Below are positions 11,885 through 26,950 of a stretch of DNA of 64,000 nucleotides, one piece after another. Every line of letters starts with the position of its first letter. Position 1 is the first letter of the stretch. The stretch comes from Octopus bimaculoides (Eukaryota), in the NCBI RefSeq assembly GCF_001194135.2, contig NC_068986.1:2958991-3022990 (forward strand), given 5' to 3'. Position numbers and translations under genes: made by a program. Under the pieces are notes generated by a model that was not told where the DNA came from, searched no databases, and was given only the letters and a program-made list of their open reading frames with translations.

Positions 11885-13025
11885 AGGTAGAGAGCTGGCA
11901 GAATCGTTGGCACGCCGGACAAAATGTTTACGCGGCATTTCGTCAGTTTTACGTTATGAGTTCAAATTCCTCCGAGGTCGACTTTGCTGTTCATCCTTTC
12001 GAAGTCGATTAAATAAGTGCCAGTCAATCACCGGGGTCGATGTAATCGACTGGTTTTCTAACCCCAAATTTCAGGCCTTGTGCCTTTAATGGAATGGAGT
12101 AATATATCAGTGAAAGGCGGTGAGCTGGCAGAGGCATTAAAGTGGCGGAAAAAACGTTTCGCGGCATTTGTTCTGGTGGTTTTACGTTCTGAGTTCATAT
12201 ACTGCCAAGATCGATAAACTAGGCACCAGTTGAGCACTAGAGTTGATGTAATCGACGACCCACTTTTCCTAAACTTGATGGTATTATACCAAATCGGCGA
12301 ACTGGAAAAGTCGTTAGAATGCCGGATATAATGCTTTGCATTATTATATCTGACACTCGGCTCTGAGGTCAAACTTGCCTTTCATCCCTCAATGGTCGAC
12401 AAAATAAATACTGTCCAAGAACGAGTCAGTGTAATTAACTAACCCCCACCATTCAATTCCTCACCTTATGTCTATATTTTTCAAACTGTGGTACAAAGTC
12501 ATCATTTTGAGAACAGGGAGGAAAGACAATTGCAGCGGCCCCAGTAAATTGACTGATACTTTATTTTATCGATACTGAAAGGATGAAAAGCAAATTCGAC
12601 CTCGGCGGAATAAGAACCTTTTCTACTATAGGCACAAGGCCTAAAATTTAGAGGGAAGAGACAAGTCGATTACATCGATCCCAGCATTTGACTGGTCCCT
12701 ATTTTATCGACCCCCAAAGAATGAAAGGAAAAAGTCGACCTCGGCGGAATTTGAACTCAGAATGAAATGCCGCTAAGCATTTTGTCCAGCGTGCTAAGGA
12801 TTTTGCCACCTCGCCAACTTAATAATAATCCTTCCTACTCTAGGCACACAGCCCGAAATTTTGGGGGAGGGGGCCAGTCGATTAGATCGACTCCAGTACG
12901 CAACTGGTACTTAATTTACCGATCCCGAAGGGATGAAAGGCGAAGTCGACCTCGGCGGAATTTGAACTTAGAATGGAATGCCACTAAGCATTTTGCCCAG
13001 TGTGCTAACGACTCTGCCAGCTCAC
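11885..13025. mobile_element. Cluster of about 5 SINE family A copies: two + then three -, tail-to-tail
   Basis: + copies at 11885-12090 and 12113-12480; - copies at 12530-12610, 12617-12815 and 12830-13025. Confidence 0.85.
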
Positions 13026-13638
13026 CAACATAAACATAATGATGATAATGATGATGATGATGATGATGATAATATTTTTTATTATTTAAGGCACCTAATT
13101 TTAAGTTTAAATTTTATTTTTACTCTAGAAATCTGTGCTCCTTTTTTTCTTGTTTACGAGATCAATAGAACAAGTATCGATAGTTTAACGACTACACATC
13201 AATGAACATTTACCGTCAATGGAAAGTTGATGATTCTGTCCAGTTGAACAATCAATAAATGTGTACGTTTTATAATTACTACACGGCACTGCAGCTGTGT
13301 CGATGCTAGAATACAGACAAACAGACACACACACATAAACAAACACACGCGCGCAAACACTCATGGACACATACACACACGAAAATATGTATGTATATTG
13401 TACACACACACGCATAGTATATATATATATAATACAAACGCACACACATACGCATATATAATATATGTATAATACACATACACACGTATATATGTATATG
13501 CGTTTAGAGTCACAATTTGCCTAAAGATACTGTGTGCCTACAGGTTAAATTCTACGTAGCAACAGGCTGACTCGTCCAAAATAATATCTATCTACCTATC
13601 TATCTATCTCTCTGTCTGTCTATCTCTCTGTCTGTCTC

Positions 13639-13680
<42 letters not shown>

Positions 13681-14093
13681 ACTCACTCTCCACACACACA
13701 CACACACCGTAGTTCTCGCTGTATAAGACGTCTTTTCTTACCCCATAACTTGAACAAGAATGCATAGAACAATTCATTTAAATTTATTTATAAAAATAGA
13801 GGCATTTTTCTTGTAAAAACATAACTCTTTATAAAACCCACTAAAAATGTATAAAAGGATTACATGTTTAATGCTGAGTACAATATGGCCGTTTTAGTTT
13901 TTGGAGAATTTGAGGCCTAATTGTTTGACAAACATGAAATATAGTTTTTAAGTGCTTGTCTTGGATTTCAAATGTACAATGTGATTGACCAATCATAGTG
14001 CTTAATGCCATTAGCGTTGGTAATCGCCAAATCGGTGTTTCTATTGTTTGGTTACTTGACAACTTGGCACGTACTTATCGTCAAGCCGAAGTA

Positions 14094-15360
14094 CCGTATC
14101 TTTAATATAAAATGCAAAGTGGTTTGTTTCTTTATTTTTTGTTGCATTTTCACCCCATCTCGGTGTTTAAAAAATAGAACAAACTGTCATTTACAGTTAA
14201 ATCCATATTTTGTGTGAGTATGCAAATAAATAAATAAATAAATGAATAAATAAATAAATACGGAAATAGAGCTGCCGAAATGCATTTTAGTCCTGCACTT
14301 ACAAAACTGATTCGCTGTTGGCGTAATCAAGAAGAGAAATTGAAACTTATTAAAGGTGATGAATGCTATTTCGAAGGAAAACGAATTGGTAATATCTCAG
14401 AAATAAGCTATAAACTGGCCTGGAGATCATGGAAAGCAAAGAATACCCTTTCTACAGATATGACAATTTTTGAAGCAAAGAAGATTGCATGTGATAATAG
14501 TTTAGAAGCCTTTACTGGCCATATATGGCGATGTAATTGGTTGGTGAAACACAAAGACCTGGTTATGAGAACCAAAATGAAAATTGTTCAAAGAATGTCC
14601 GATACGTTTGAGATGAAAATGTGTGCATTTTACAAATATATTTTACAGTTAAGAAAAGAAATTTCATTTGAATTGTCTCAAGTAACAAACGTGTATGAAA
14701 CGGTTCGAAGCAATTGAACAACTAATATAAAACTTTTTACTGTGGAGCGCATTATACGGTGGTGTCAGCATGTTGTGTAGACCCGTCTGCTAATCTTTAA
14801 AAGGAAAATAATACTCAAAGAAATGTTTTCCAAGAGTGACTGAAAAGAGAAGGATGGATGAAGACGAAATACCACTTTGGTTTGAAAACATTTGGTCGAA
14901 ATGTCCTGAAGGCTTATTAAAAAAGCCTTCTCTCCTCGTCAGAGATTACATTAAAGCTCATGAAACAAAAAGCTGATGAGTTCAAAACACAACTGGTTTT
15001 TAACAAGTCAACGACAACCTATCGATGATTCTCTTAACGAATCCTTTAAGACTTTAATGAGAGAGGATTAGAACAACTGGATGTAGCAGCAAGATTTTGC
15101 TACAAACTCTGCCGGACGAAGGAAAAGACCGATTCTTGCTCAGGTGTGCCTGTGAGTGAAGAATTCATGGGGAAAAATAAGAAATGATATAGCGATTAAG
15201 TCATTTAAGAAATGTGACATCAGTAATGCAATGGATGGGACCAAGGATTGCATTCTCTTTGATTTATAATATTGGTGTCTGATTCTTTTCGAAGTAAAAG
15301 TGAAAGCATTGAGGATCTTGTAGGTTTTGAACCCGTTTAAATAAAAGTAGCCTCACTTTT
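14094..15360 (+). pseudogene. Decayed pogo/Tigger-like transposon (CENP-B-type HTH plus DDE_1 transposase)
   Basis: TA-CCGTA terminus at 14092. Translations MRTKMKIVQRMSDTFEMKMCAFYKYILQLRK...VTNVYET, LTSQRQPIDDSLNESFK and KSFKKCDISNAMDGTKD match pogo motifs (IGNADETP, LTSQLQPLDVSVNKPFK, KSFKKCGISNALDG). Multiple frameshifts and stops. Confidence 0.9.
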
Positions 15361-15564
15361 TTTTTATGGTAACTTTCTTATTTTGATGTTTTTAACTCCT
15401 TTGTATTTGGGATAATTTAGATTAACTTTTAAAGTATCAAATTGAAGTTTTGTATTTTATTTAGGGAAACTTTTCCCAATATGATTTTGACTTCTACCCA
15501 AAACTTCGTCTTCAAAAGTAAGGGTGCATCGTTTTATATTCAGAAAACACACACACACTCTCAC

Positions 15565-15619
<55 letters not shown>

Positions 15620-15769
15620 NNNNNNNNNNACTCACACACACACACTCACACACACACACACATACATACTTACACATATGCATATATTTACATATATGCA
15701 TACATACATACATACATGTGTGTGCGCGCGCGCGCACCTGTAATATATATCTATACTGCACATCTCCAA

Positions 15770-16105
15770 AGCGGCTGGCTTGCAGAATCGTTAGCGTGCC
15801 GGGCAAAATGCTTAGCAGCTTTTCGTCTGCCTTTACGTTCTGAGTTCCAATTCTGCCGAGGTCGATTTTACTTTTCATCCCTTCGGAGTCAATAAAATAA
15901 ATAGTTGAACACTAAGTTTGATGTAATCTTTAACATCCGTAGCAATCTTTCTAAGTATGGTTTCAAATTTTGGCACAAGGCCACAAGTGCTCAAATGGTA
16001 CTTATTTTATCGATCCCGAAAAGATGAAAGGCAAAGTCGACCTCGGTAGAATTTGAACAGAGACTAAAGACGGACGAAATGCCATTAAGCATTTTTCCCG
16101 GCTTG
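15770..16105. mobile_element. Inverted (tail-to-tail) pair of SINE family A copies
   Basis: + copy at 15770-15930 and - copy at 15968-16105. Confidence 0.8.
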
Positions 16106-17936
16106 TTGCTTTTACAATATTTCTAATAATGAAAAAAAAAAATCAGAAAAAGTCAATGACCTCTAGAAAATTCAATACCATCTTATTATAGAGTAATCAG
16201 CTGAAAATACCTGGGTATTTGCTTAAGAATATCCCTAATCTATCACTTTCTTTTTCTTTCGTACGTTTTTCTTTTTTAAACTGGGTCACGAAGGTCTTCC
16301 CACAACTATTTTTTCCTCTGTGACAAGAATGGACTTGAATTCAAAAAACGCCAGTATTAATTCATACAAACATACAATACACACTGGAAAACTGATATAT
16401 GACTTCAGTAAAGTCCTATGCAATCAGCAAACTAGTTATATTTTATGTCACCAATTGACACAGCTATACACTTCATTAATCTCTGTTTACAGCAATGCCA
16501 GAAGTTTGTGTGTAAGTGTGTGTGTGTGAGTGTGCGTGAGTGCGTGCGCATGGTTTTATTCAGCAGATGTCACAGGTCATGCTTACACACTGGAACAAGT
16601 AATCTATTTTAATTGACCTTTTTTTAAAAAGCAAAATCAGTGTTTCATTATTTCAAATATTCTATTTTGTCTCTTGCTCAGTGTTTTCTTTCTTTGTTGG
16701 TTCATTAAGTCTACCGAAAACTCCTTGAGAAATACACAAGATACTTCACATGTGTCATGAGAAATAATAATAAATAAATATTCTTCAGTGTATCAGTTGG
16801 GAAAGAAATATACATGTTTCTTTTATTATTCATATCTGCAGTTGAAGTAAAACATATTTTTTCCTATACGCCTCTAGATTAATCGCGAAAACATTTAATT
16901 TCATGAATTAATACTGGTAATAATTGAATCAATTTTGTAATTTCCCGTGCCTGATGCTCTGTCAATGTAGATAGAAGAGGAGAGAGAAACTGTGCGTTAT
17001 GTCATTGAGAGGCGAAAACTGGAGTGTAAATAAAATGACTCGATGATGGAGAGAGAAAGGGAGAGAAAAAGACCGTGTGAAAGAATAAAGAAAAATATAG
17101 GTAGTGCGGAGAGCGTAAGACAAGTGCAGGAGGGGCATAATAAAGAAAGGGAAAGATATATGCAGTAGGTTTGCCTTAATTTCTGTATACATTTGTACGC
17201 ATTTGTACGTATATACACACTAAAGACTCTAGAATTGACACGAGAAAGAATATTAGAGTATATAGTATACACTTTAATAACTGAAACATTAGTGGAAAAA
17301 TTAAACACTGACTTCTGGCAAGGCGATTCACCCCCTTGAAATGGACTGACATATGAAATGAGAGGTTACATTTATGTATGTATGTATGTATGTATGTATG
17401 TATGTATGTATATATGTGTGTATGTACGTATGCATGAATGTATATATATGTGTGTGTGTATGTATATATGTGTGTGCGTGTGTGTTTAATTATATATATA
17501 TGTGTGTGTTTAATCATACATGTATATATATATATATNNNNNNNNNNNNNNNNNNNNNNNNNNNNNNNNNNNNNNNNNNNNNNNNNNNNNNNNNNNNNNN
17601 NNNNNNNNNNNNNNNNNNNNNNNNNNNNNNNNNNNNNNNNNNNNNNNNNNNNNNNNNNNNNNNNNNNNNNNNNNNNNNNNNNNNNNNNNNNNNNNNNNNN
17701 NNNNNNNNNNNNNNNNNNNNNNNNNNNNNNNNNNNNNNNNNNNNNNNNNNNNNNNNNNNNNNNNNNNNNNNNNNNNNNNNNNNNNNNNNNNNNNNNNNNN
17801 NNNNNNNNNNNNNNNNNNNNNNNNNNNNNNNNNNNNNNNNNNNNNNNNNNNNNNNNNNNNNNNNNNNNNNNNNNNNNNNNNNNNNNNNNNNNNNNNNNNN
17901 NNNNNNNNNNNNNNNNNNNNNNNNNNNNNNNNNNNN

Positions 17937-17977
<41 letters not shown>

Positions 17978-18689
17978 ACGCGCGTGGGGAGAAAAATCAG
18001 ATGTTTTAATTTACTCGAATTCACTTGTAAGCTTATTGGAAACTTAATACTGTTCATTGCCAAAAGACGAGATCAAGAAACCATATCGACTCCTTGTACT
18101 TTTTCCCAGGCTCACTTCGACTACTGCTTTCAATGTCCTTGTACTTTTAGTAATCTGTGCGTATACCGACGCATATAGCCATATTAATAAATCTCTGGTC
18201 TCGCACGTTTATCTGATGCTGGGATTTCAATTTGCAACTTTCTCTGGTTCTGCGTATTCAAGTTGAAGGGTGTTAATGTAATGATAGGGAAGTCACTAGC
18301 TGAAACTCTTCAACATTGATTTGTACATCGGTTTCATTAGATTAGTGCAAATTTAAGCCTAGTGCCATAGTAAATAAAACAGTAGTCCCCTAAGATGGCG
18401 GGATCAAATCAAGTCAAAGTTATCTATTTGATTTTTTTTCTTCATTTTTTTTTTTACAGAGCTTATGACTGTCATGAGTGCGACTCCTTTTTTTAAGGAA
18501 TTAAAGACAAATAGCATCGAGGTACAACTAGCTTCTAGCATCATCTACACTATTGTCGTTGATATTCATGAACCTAGTAAGTGAAAGCGACTCTTCTAAT
18601 AAATAGAGAAAGAAATGTCTGTGAGAACTATTACAAACAGTAATGTAGCCGAAACATTTACTTAAGGTGATCCACTCTGAAATTTTACT

Positions 18690-18720
18690 CCTATTATTAT
18701 TATTATCATTATTATTATTA

Positions 18721-18811
<91 letters not shown>

Positions 18812-18812
18812 T
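18690..18812. repeat. (ATT)n(ATC)n microsatellite
   Basis: Direct reading; it explains the poly-D/N, poly-M/I and poly-L/S ORFs. Confidence 0.95.
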
Positions 18813-19171
18813 ATTCTTTCGATACAGTGTAGCATTGGTAGAACTAACTTGACATGGCTTCCATAATATATCATACACATAATCGCCTTGTTTTCGAAGC
18901 AATGCTTAGGTCACGTACATATGGAAATTAGATGCTCAATGGCTTATGACCTTATATCTATGTGTGTGTGTTGGGGGGGGGGGCGGTATGTGGATGTAGG
19001 TGGGTATATATAAAGAAAATGGAGAAATATGGATGTATAAGTAATATATTTGTATGAGATTATGAGGCTGAAAGTTTTTTTATAAAAACAATGCAAATAA
19101 ATTATAAAGCCCAATAAAAATGGCAGATATGTATATACATATATGTATGTGTGTATGTGTATCTATCTATA

Positions 19172-19270
<99 letters not shown>

Positions 19271-19563
19271 GTCTATATATATAAATGCAAATATGTAATT
19301 AAAATATATATATCCATACCCATATGAATAGTTATATATATATATATATATATATACAACCATTATACATACATGTACATACATACATACATGCATGCAT
19401 GTATGTATGTATATATGTTCGTATGGATGTATATTGCTGACGTCATAAGAATATATAAACTTTCGAGAGAACGTGAAATATTTCCTGTTTCGGAACTGGA
19501 TCTCTAAGTATGTATAGACTGACAAATAATAGCATGTATATATCGGATTAGAAAAAACACTGT

Positions 19564-19597
<34 letters not shown>

Positions 19598-19765
19598 NNN
19601 NNNNNNNNNNNNNNNNNNNNNNNNNNNNNNNNNNNNNNNNNNNNNNNNNNNNNNNNNNNNNNNNNNNNNNNNNNNNNNNNNNNNNNNNNNNNNNNNNNNN
19701 NNNNNNNNNNNNNNNNNNNNNNNNNNNNNNNNNNNNNNNNNNNNNNNNNNNNNNNNNNNNNNNNN

Positions 19766-19799
<34 letters not shown>

Positions 19800-20627
19800 C
19801 ATAGATAGATAGATAGATGCATACATATATACATACATACACACACATACACACACACGCCCAAACATTGGTCAACTGATATATCATGGAAAGAAACACG
19901 GACAGATTGGTGTAGCTATAGGTATAAAAGTACTCAGTTACATTTATGTGACTTAGTTATTTTATGACTACAAAATATATCGCACGTAGCAACCAAAACG
20001 TGGTGAAACATCAACGAAATACGGTCTGATTACATGGTGAATATCTACGTGTATATGTGTGTGCGCGCACACACACACACACACACACACATACACACAT
20101 GTATATATCACCAGCAACTATAGTCACCCAACAATAATACTAACAATGACACCTACGCCAACGGAAAACCTGTGCAGATTTAGGAAAGATTGAGTAAGCC
20201 AGGCGACAAAGTGTATATATAATGACTCAGCGATCAGGTTTCGAAACCTCCATTCAAACATGAACAGACGTACACACACACACACACACAGAGTCACACA
20301 CATGCGCACACAGAGAGTCAGTCACACACTCACACGCACACACATTTATACCACAATCACATGATTTGTATGGGAGCGAGGGTGGGGCGGAGGGCAGAAA
20401 ATATCGAGTGGGGACAAATAGGTAAAAAAAACCAAAAAAAAAAAACACAGTATAGAATATGAAACTAGAAAAAAAATATGTCTAGAATGGCAAATAACGA
20501 AGGTGATTGAAGGCATTTGGTGATAGTTGAAATGACATAGATACACATATACACTCACGCAAACATCGTTGTCCCAGCATGGCCGCAGTCTAATGAGTGA
20601 AACTAGTAAAAGGTAAAAAGTAAATAC

Positions 20628-20689
<62 letters not shown>

Positions 20690-20999
20690 GTACCTACAGA
20701 GAGAGAGAGACAGAGACAGAGATAGCTAGCCAGCTAGATAGATACGTGTGCACGTTTGTGTATAGATATATATGTATAAATAGATGTGTAAATATATAAA
20801 TATACGTACATACATACATATTTATAGATGTATGTGTGTATAGTTCAAAAAGCAAAAAGAACATCAGACACAGGTGAGAAAAACAACAAAGTTCGACTCT
20901 CAAGAAAATGGAAGAATCTTTGATGTTTCGATATATGTACATGTGCGCGAGCGCGTGGGTGTGTAATATTTAATCGGTGGAAGAGCAAAGTGACCTAAG

Positions 21000-21215
21000 G
21001 GCAGAGAATTTAGCGTTTGGCATTTGTCAACTTTGGTAAGGTGCCATGGACGAAACTATCAGCGCTTGCTAACTTCTTCCAATATACCAATTTACAGACA
21101 TTTTCTAACGAGGTTTGGGTCCGCTATAAGATATAATACAAGACATTTACCTAAGGGCCCAAACAGTGGGACCTCCTTGGTGACGAAGCGAACTCTTCGA
21201 CCATGCAGTCATGTT
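21000..21215 (-). mobile_element. SINE family C (decayed)
   Basis: Reverse complement of the family C head and ttgggtaaatgtctt...tatagcggaccca block. Confidence 0.55.
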
Positions 21216-21275
21216 GTACCATCATATACATACTACCTATATGTACATATACATATGTATGTATGTATGTATGTA

Positions 21276-21326
<51 letters not shown>

Positions 21327-21696
21327 NNNNNNNNNNNNNNNNNNNNNNNNNNNNNNNNNNNNNNNNNNNNNNNNNNNNNNNNNNNNNNNNNNNNNNNNNN
21401 NNNNNNNNNNNNNNNNNNNNNNNNNNNNNNNNNNNNNNNNNNNNNNNNNNNNNNNNNNNNNNNNNNNNNNNNNNNNNTATATATATATATATATATATAT
21501 ATATGTAAATATATATATATATGTATGTATATAGGTATGTATATATGCAATAACCAACACACACACACACACATATATGTATTGTTTTATTTCTTACACT
21601 TACACACACATGCACACATATATATGTATATGTGTGTATATATATATACATATATATATATATGTATGTATATATAAATATATATATATATATGTG

Positions 21697-21751
<55 letters not shown>

Positions 21752-22068
21752 GTGTGTGTATCTGTGTGTGCATATATATATATATACATATACATAGACA
21801 TAATTTGATCTGACAAGTTAATTCCCAAAAGTTCGTAACTTATTGTTTTTCAATATTTTTCAACAGTTCATAACTTTTAAGAAAACCTTTGCTTAAATAT
21901 TTTGAGTGTATCAAATATTTATATGCAACAATGATATATGTATGTGCGTGCGAGTGTGTGTGTGGATTATGAATTGATAGCGAAATTAACGTTAGCTGCA
22001 AAAACAAAATACTAAAATCGACAAAAAATAACTAATTACTGTTAAATTCACACGCAGGATCGTCTCAC

Positions 22069-22081
22069 TCCTGCACATCGG
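22069..22081 (-). other. Candidate 13-nt micro-exon or start of a longer exon
   Basis: Very strong acceptor cttttgtcttttgtgtttatgtttactgttttattttag| followed by ccgatgtgcagga|gtgaga. Confidence 0.15.
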
Positions 22082-22210
22082 CTAAAATAAAACAGTAAAC
22101 ATAAACACAAAAGACAAAAGAAAAGACACATGCTTATAATCAACATATAAACTCCATATGTTTGGTCGCTAGTCAAGCAGATGATATGAAACAGTTCTCA
22201 TCGGATATAT

Positions 22211-22246
<36 letters not shown>

Positions 22247-22461
22247 TTACACGTTTGTTAAGTGCTTTTAAGAAAACAGTGGAGTAGGCGGCATCATTAT
22301 CATTGACGTAGAGAGACAATTTACTGACGATCATGTAGAAGAAAGAATATAAAGTTAGAAACTATATTAAATATCGCATACAAACACACATGAATAAAAA
22401 CAACCACTATTCCAACTAGCATAATGAAATCACTATCAGGGTTCTGTACAACAAACGTAAT

Positions 22462-22510
<49 letters not shown>

Positions 22511-23360
22511 AATTTAGGGAATGGGTTAGATTTTTATTCCCATACACAGCAGCCCCGGCTGCCAACCGTAAGCTTTTCTCAGCTTATCGAAATTCGATAA
22601 GGGAAGAATTTACATCCTTGTAGGTCAATAAACCACTATTGTTCCTGGAAGTTGTTTTTATACATTCTACGGATTGCTCGAAGCTTACTAACTTCCTACA
22701 CCTTGATCCCTAGATCTTACTTTAGTCTAATGTAGAAAAGTACGAAACAAGTTGTAAGATTGCATACGATGTTTGAACGTAACGTTTGCTACAACCATAT
22801 GACTGGGTTAACCACTACATCCAAGCACCGACACAACACCGCCGCTTATACATGAAAATATGATGTAATGTATGTATAGAGGAATATCTATGTTTTTGTG
22901 CATATATTTATACACATATGTGTGTGTATTAATTTAAAATTAAAGACAAAAGAACTAGAGTTACATAATCACATTCTTCAACGTACAACTGTTTCTACTA
23001 TTACGAACTGTGTACGTCGGTGCAACATCTTATTGCTTCTCCAGAGCCATTTGAGTGCGGAAACATATGGCAGAACAGACGCACGCACGAGATGTAACAA
23101 CTTATTAGCACCGCTCTGACGAAGCGGAAACATAAAATATGCATAAATAGGTATATTCGTATGTGCAATCCTTGTATTTAATTATATGTATAAATATATT
23201 AACACATGCTTTCAAAATCTAAAATAAAAAGTTACGCACAATATAACCGCACTTCGGGCAAGGTGATCCCTAATAAATGCCACTCTATTTCCTAAAATTT
23301 CCCGCTTTGAAGATTCCTTCTCAGCATGAAACCAATAGTCACCGTGCGGGCTTGTGACTT

Positions 23361-23404
<44 letters not shown>

Positions 23405-23424
23405 CACACACACAGATGCTCTTA

Positions 23425-23600
23425 AGGTGGCGATCTGGCAGAAACGTTAACGTGTAAGATAAAATGCCTGGCGGTATTTCTTCTGACCCTACGTTCTGAG
23501 TTCAAATGCCGCCGAGGTCGACTTTGGCATTCATCTTTTCGGGAGTCGAAGGAAAAATAAGTAGCAAGTTGAGCACTATGGTCGAAGTAATCGACCACCA
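23425..23600 (+). mobile_element. SINE family A
   Basis: ggtggcgatctggcagaaacgttaac...gttctgagttcaaatgccgccgaggtcgactttg. Confidence 0.8.
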
Positions 23601-23721
23601 CATATATATNNNNNNNNNNNNNNNNNNNNNNNNNNNNNNNNNNNNNNNNNNNNNNNNNNNNNNNNNNNNNNNNNNNNNNNNNNNNNNNNNNNNNNNNNNN
23701 NNNNNNNNNNNNNNNNNNNNN

Positions 23722-23753
<32 letters not shown>

Positions 23754-24058
23754 TGTATATGTTCTTCATTTCACGTTGCTCTGCGATTATTCCGACATCT
23801 GACATGTGGCACCCGTTGCACATGGGAAAGTGAGTTCCTGTACTGAGTGAGAAACAGAAGATATTGCTAAGTAAAGTGACTTAAAGAAATAATACATCGA
23901 TAGACTCCAGATTGACGGATTTGAAGGGAGAAATGGGGTGGGGGGAACATAACCCAAAGAGTCAGAAAGTGAGACAAGCAATCAAGACAACAGACAAAGT
24001 AAAGACCTGAGGTACCTGACAAATAAACTTAGTTATTTTTGACCAGTACTAACGCCGG

Positions 24059-24106
<48 letters not shown>

Positions 24107-24282
24107 ATATATGTACCTATATATTATATATAGACATATATATACATACATACATATATGTATACATATATATATACATATACATACATACATACATGCA
24201 TATATGTACCTATATATTATATATTTATGTATATGTATATTCAAATCTATAATATATATGTGTGTGCGTGTGTGTATACATG

Positions 24283-24336
<54 letters not shown>

Positions 24337-25153
24337 CATGCATGATATATATGTATATATGTGCGTGTGTGTACCATATGTATNNNNNNNNNNNNNNNNN
24401 NNNNNNNNNNNNNNNNNNNNNNNNNNNNNNNNNNNNNNNNNNNNNNNNNNNNNNNNNNNNNNNNNNNNNNNNNNNNNNNNNNNNNNNNNNNNNNNNNNNN
24501 NNNNNNNNNNNNNNNNNNNNNNNNNNNNNNNNNNNNNNNNNNNNNNNNNNNNNNNNNNNNNNNNNNNNNNNNNNNNNNNNNNNNNNNNNNNNNNNNNNNN
24601 NNNNNNNNNNNNNNNNNNNNNNNNNNNNNNNNNNNNNNNNNNNNNNNNNNNNNNNNNNNNNNNNNNNNNNNNNNNNNNNNNNNNNNNNNNNNNNNNNNNN
24701 NNNNNNNNNNNNNNNNNNNNNNNNNNNNNNNNNNNNNNNNNNNNNNNNNNNNNNNNNNNNNNNNNNNNNNNNNNNNNNNNNNNNNNNNNNNNNNNNNNNN
24801 NNNNNNNNNNNNNNNNNNNNNNNNNNNNNNNNNNNNNNNNNNNNNNNNNNNNNNNNNNNNNNNNNNNNNNNNNNNNNNNNNNNNNNNNNNNNNNNNNNNN
24901 NNNNNNNNNNNNNNNNNNNNNNNNNNNNNNNNNNNNNNNNNNNNNNNNNNNNNNNNNNNNNNNNNNNNNNNNNNNNNNNNNNNNNNNNNNNNNNNNNNNN
25001 NNNNNNNNNNNNNNNNNNNNNNNNNNNNNNNNNNNNNNNNNNNNNNNNNNNNNNNNNNNNNNNNNNNNNNNNNNNNNNNNNNNNNNNNNNNNNNNNNNNN
25101 NNNNNNNNNNNNNNNNNNNNNNNNNNNNNNNNNNNNNNNNNNNNNNNNNNNNN

Positions 25154-25196
<43 letters not shown>

Positions 25197-25229
25197 ATAC
25201 AGTGCATACATTTTGGATAATATATATAT

Positions 25230-25415
25230 TTCATTTGATTGCGGCCATACTGGAGCACCGACTTTAGTCGAAGAAATCGACCCCAGGACTTATTCTTTGT
25301 AAGCCTAGTACTTATTCTATCGGTTTCTTTTGCCGAACCGCTACGTTACGGAGACGCCAACGCACCAACATCGGTTGTCAAGCGATGGTCGGGGGACAAA
25401 CACAGACACACAAAC
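25230..25415 (+). mobile_element. SINE family B
   Basis: tttgattgcggccatactggagcacc...aagcctagtacttattctatcgg...ttgccgaaccgcta...; other copies at 29735-29890, 56500-56710 and 58815-59030. Confidence 0.85.
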
Positions 25416-25485
25416 ATATACATACACACATGTATACACATGGATATGTAATATATAAATGTGTGTATGCGCGTGCGCGTGTGTG

Positions 25486-25540
<55 letters not shown>

Positions 25541-26249
25541 ATTTGTGTGTGTGTGTGTGTGTATTTGTGTGTGTGTGTGTGTGTGTGTGTGCATATATGC
25601 GAACAGTCGCGGACACTCGTCTGTGTGTTTGTATGCTACACACTCATTTATTTACACACGCACACACATACACACGCACACACACACACATACACACGCA
25701 CGCACACACACACACATACACACACACACACACTTATTGTTTTAGAAAGTTCATTTTCCTCGTTTGTAAATATCAATATACATTTATACACACGCACGCC
25801 CACACGCGCGCGCGCACACACACACATATGTAACAAACAGTGTAAACTGATTCTTATTTAGAATCTGAGAAAACAGTTTATTTTTTTCGTATGTGTATTT
25901 CGTGTGCAAGATTCTTGATGTGGATACGTGTGTTGAAAGAAATACAATTAAACCTTGGTTTAATTGAGTTTATTTTTTAAACGCAACATTACCAGGAATA
26001 GAAATAACGAAGTCGGCTCATGTATACACACACACTCGCACACTCGCACACACACGCACACACATAGCACATGCACATGTGAACGCTCGCACGGACACAC
26101 ATACACATACACACGCACGGCGCGAACCTACGCACGCACGAATCGCACTTACAACACAGAGGCAGCGAGCGCTGTTTTCAAATATGATTCACGAGTACAA
26201 CTCATAGAAAACGCAATCATTTCGCTAGAATGAAAATACTGTAACTCAC

Positions 26250-26950
26250 CTTTTGTTTTTGTTTATGTTGGTTGACTCCAAGTTTCGGGTGTACAATAAG
26301 CCTCCTTATTATAATTAGTATCCCTTCGCGGTTTATCTTGCTTCCGATTGTTATTATTATTGTTATTATTATTATTTTGTTCCTGTCGGGTAAAATTGTC
26401 TGCTAAGAACTGCAGTAGGTCTATAAACTGATTTTTTTCTCCCTTTTTTTCTTCTTCTGATTACCTGCATGTAAACTCGTTAGTCCACATGAACGAAACG
26501 ATGGATCTAAGGTGAAACTAGAATGTAATATCAGAAAAGGAAGAGAGGGGAAGAAGGAGAGAGTGTGTGTCTGAGTATGTGTGAGAAAGAGAAGAGAAGA
26601 GAAAGAGAGAGGAAGAGGAAAAGTACACTAAAGAGTGAGAGCTAGACAAAGTGAAAAAGAGAGAAAGAAAGCGAGAGAGAGAGAGAGAGAGAGACGAATA
26701 GAGAGCGGTGAGAGCAGTTCGTTTACAAGTCCAGACCGGGTACTTAGTCGTGGTCGTTGTTATCGTGGTGGCGGCGGTGGTTGTCCCACCAAATCTATCA
26801 GTTGTCATAAAGCTACTACCTGTTTCACTGACAATAATAATAACACTAATAATAATAATAGTAATAATAATGATAAAACATATATAAACAGCTTGTCGCA
26901 CTGACAATGTTCAACGCTGTCGCCTCTTATTTTCGACTGGTTCTGCATGT
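26250..26950 (-). other. Candidate non-coding (5' UTR-like) exon
   Basis: Strong donor aaaaag|gtgagt at 26250/26249; the upstream sequence is unique with simple-repeat tracts; the 5' boundary is arbitrary. Confidence 0.2.

Noticed and set aside
18057-18266. Membrane-protein-like ORF (xPKDEIKKPYRLLVLF...)
   Set aside because: TTG start, 69 codons, no recognisable family or splice signals; hydrophobicity is expected from T-rich DNA
23105-23135. ctgacgaagcggaaac hammerhead-like string
   Set aside because: No stem II, stem I or NUH geometry; it is simply a ccgct/agcgg hairpin
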